Positions 62,537 to 64,000 of a stretch of 64,000 bases of DNA are shown here, one piece after another. The position numbers and the translations under genes were made by a program. Source of the stretch: Pirellulales bacterium (GTDB lineage Bacteria; Planctomycetota; Planctomycetia; Pirellulales; PALSA-1355); contig CAVTBU010000004.1 in assembly GCA_963733035.1 (NCBI GenBank), positions 1 through 64,000 of the forward strand. Direction: 5' to 3'. Within the stretch, counting starts at the first letter, position 1. Each line of letters opens with the position of its first letter. The notes beneath the pieces were generated by a model that worked only from the letters and a program-made list of their open reading frames with translations, did not search any database and had not been told where the DNA came from.

Positions 62537-63778
62537 ATGACTCGCTGTCAAAGAGTATTCGGCTACGCGATTGCGGTGATCGGCTGTGTGCTTGTGCTCC
62601 TGTTTCGCCTGGCCATGAGCGAAACGCTGCAAAAAGAGGCCGTGTTGTCACCCTTCGTTCTTCCCGTGCTGGCGGCCGCCTGGTGCGGCGGGTTCCGGCC
62701 AGGAATGTTCGCCACGCTCCTGAGCATGGGTTGCGCGATTGTGTTTGTCTTGTCGCCGGACATGTCCCTTTCGATTGCAACGATGGCCGACGGATTTGTC
62801 GTGGGTATTTTTGCCGTCACCGGCACGACGATCAGCTTGTTGTTCGACGCGTTGTACGAAGCGCGTCGTCGCGAGACGGAGAAACAATTCCGCCGGCTGG
62901 CCGACTCAATGCCTCAGATCGTTTGGATCGCGCAGGCAAATGGGCGCTCGGTCTGGTTCAACCAACGCTGGCATGAATACACGGGGACGTCACCTGACCA
63001 CGTGGGTAAATCTCCCGTGCGGCCCTTTCACGACCCGGCCGTCATCACGTTTCGAGATAACGGCCAGGGTATTCAACCGGATATGCTCGATGCCGTGTTT
63101 GAACCGTTTCGCCAAATCAAAAACACCCGACAATGCTCGGGCGGCGGATTGGGGATTGGCTTGTGGCTCGCCAGGCAATTGGTGGAATTGCAGGGCGGCA
63201 CGATCCTGGCCCACAGCGAGGGTCCGGCGAAAGGGAGCGAGTTTGTGGTCATGCTTCCGGCGATCGCCGAACCTCGACCCCTCGACGCGTTGAGCGGAAC
63301 GCCCCAGCCGGAGCAGCAACGGGACGACATCCCCTCCCATCGCATTTTGATCGTCGACGATGTAAAGGAGTCGGCCCAGACGCTCGCGAAGCTGCTCCGT
63401 TCGCTGGGGCAGGATTCAACGCCGCTCTACGACGGGCAGGCGGGCCTGGACTGGATCGTCGCGAATCATCCAGATGTTGTGTTTCTGGACATCGCGATGC
63501 CAAAGCTCGACGGCTACGAGGTCGCCCGTCGAGTCCGACAACACCCGGAGATGCAAGACGTCGCGCTGATCGCCTTGACGGGCTACGGCCAGCACGCGGA
63601 TCAGCAACGCGCGTACGACGCGGGCTTCGACTTTCATCTCACAAAGCCCGCCAACATCCCGATCTTGAAAGACCTGCTTCGGAAACTGCCGACTGCTGGG
63701 TCTGTATCCGAGACGGCAACACATCGATCATCACCGTCAAGCCGCAACAGTCATGCGATGAACGCCGAAGGACCCTAG
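62537..63778 (+). pseudogene. Hybrid histidine kinase with in-frame internal deletion (membrane sensor, partial PAS, partial HATPase, receiver)
   Basis: The PAS segment FRRLADSMPQIVW...FNQRW jumps directly to RDNGQGI...GGLGIGL; no H-box or N-box; receiver intact. Confidence 0.7.
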
Positions 63779-63867
63779 ACGAATCACCTCAGGCAATTCA
63801 CTTCGACTTGATCGCAGCGGGCCGAAGCATTTCAAGAAGCTGCATCCAATGTGGAGGTCAAATTACG

Positions 63868-64000
63868 ATGTGGAAATCTTCGATTCTGCTTGTCGACGAC
63901 GACCCGGACGCCTGCGCCACCGCGGCAAAGCTCCTCTGGGCATGGGGCTATCAAGCAGACGTTGCCTATGATGGCCCAAGCGCCCTAAAACTCGTCGACG
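63868..64000 (+). CDS. Response-regulator receiver protein (runs off the window)
   Basis: GGAGGT RBS; MWKSSILLVDDDPD...GYQADVAYDGPSAL. Confidence 0.75.
   Translation, partial: MWKSSILLVDDDPDACATAAKLLWAWGYQADVAYDGPSALKLVD

Overview
The window looks like a Planctomycetota chromosome, inferred from the ECF-sigma/Ser-Thr kinase pair, the many PEP-CTERM proteins and the rve-type transposase. It has three zones. (1) 47.5-64 kb is ordinary core genome: glgE, maltokinase, pyc, an M28-PDZ peptidase, an FKBP, BlaI plus an M56-Wza fusion, two PEP-CTERM paralogues and a damaged hybrid kinase. (2) 34.3-47.2 kb is a phage/satellite-like element next to tRNA-Asn(GTT). It carries DUF2924, a large serine recombinase, a P4/D5 helicase, a ParB-methyltransferase, a HARE-HTH protein and two TerS/TerL pairs separated by a minimal tyrosine recombinase, but no visible portal, capsid or tail genes. 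A third, truncated TerS/TerL copy lies at 1-493. (3) 0.5-34 kb is a cargo array of mostly secreted PEP-CTERM genes, punctuated by one full DDE transposon (493-2096) and eight shortened derivatives, all nine in the same orientation. The derivatives keep the last transposase codons plus a ~190-nt region with signs of RNA structure. The best novelty candidates are this transposon-end-delimited surface-protein array with a possible ncRNA, a PEP-CTERM polyprotein in which one protein's Arg tail doubles as the next signal peptide, and the capsid-less multi-terminase element. Many frameshifts in zones 2-3 may be sequencing errors. All calls come from reading the sequence by eye; no searches were run.
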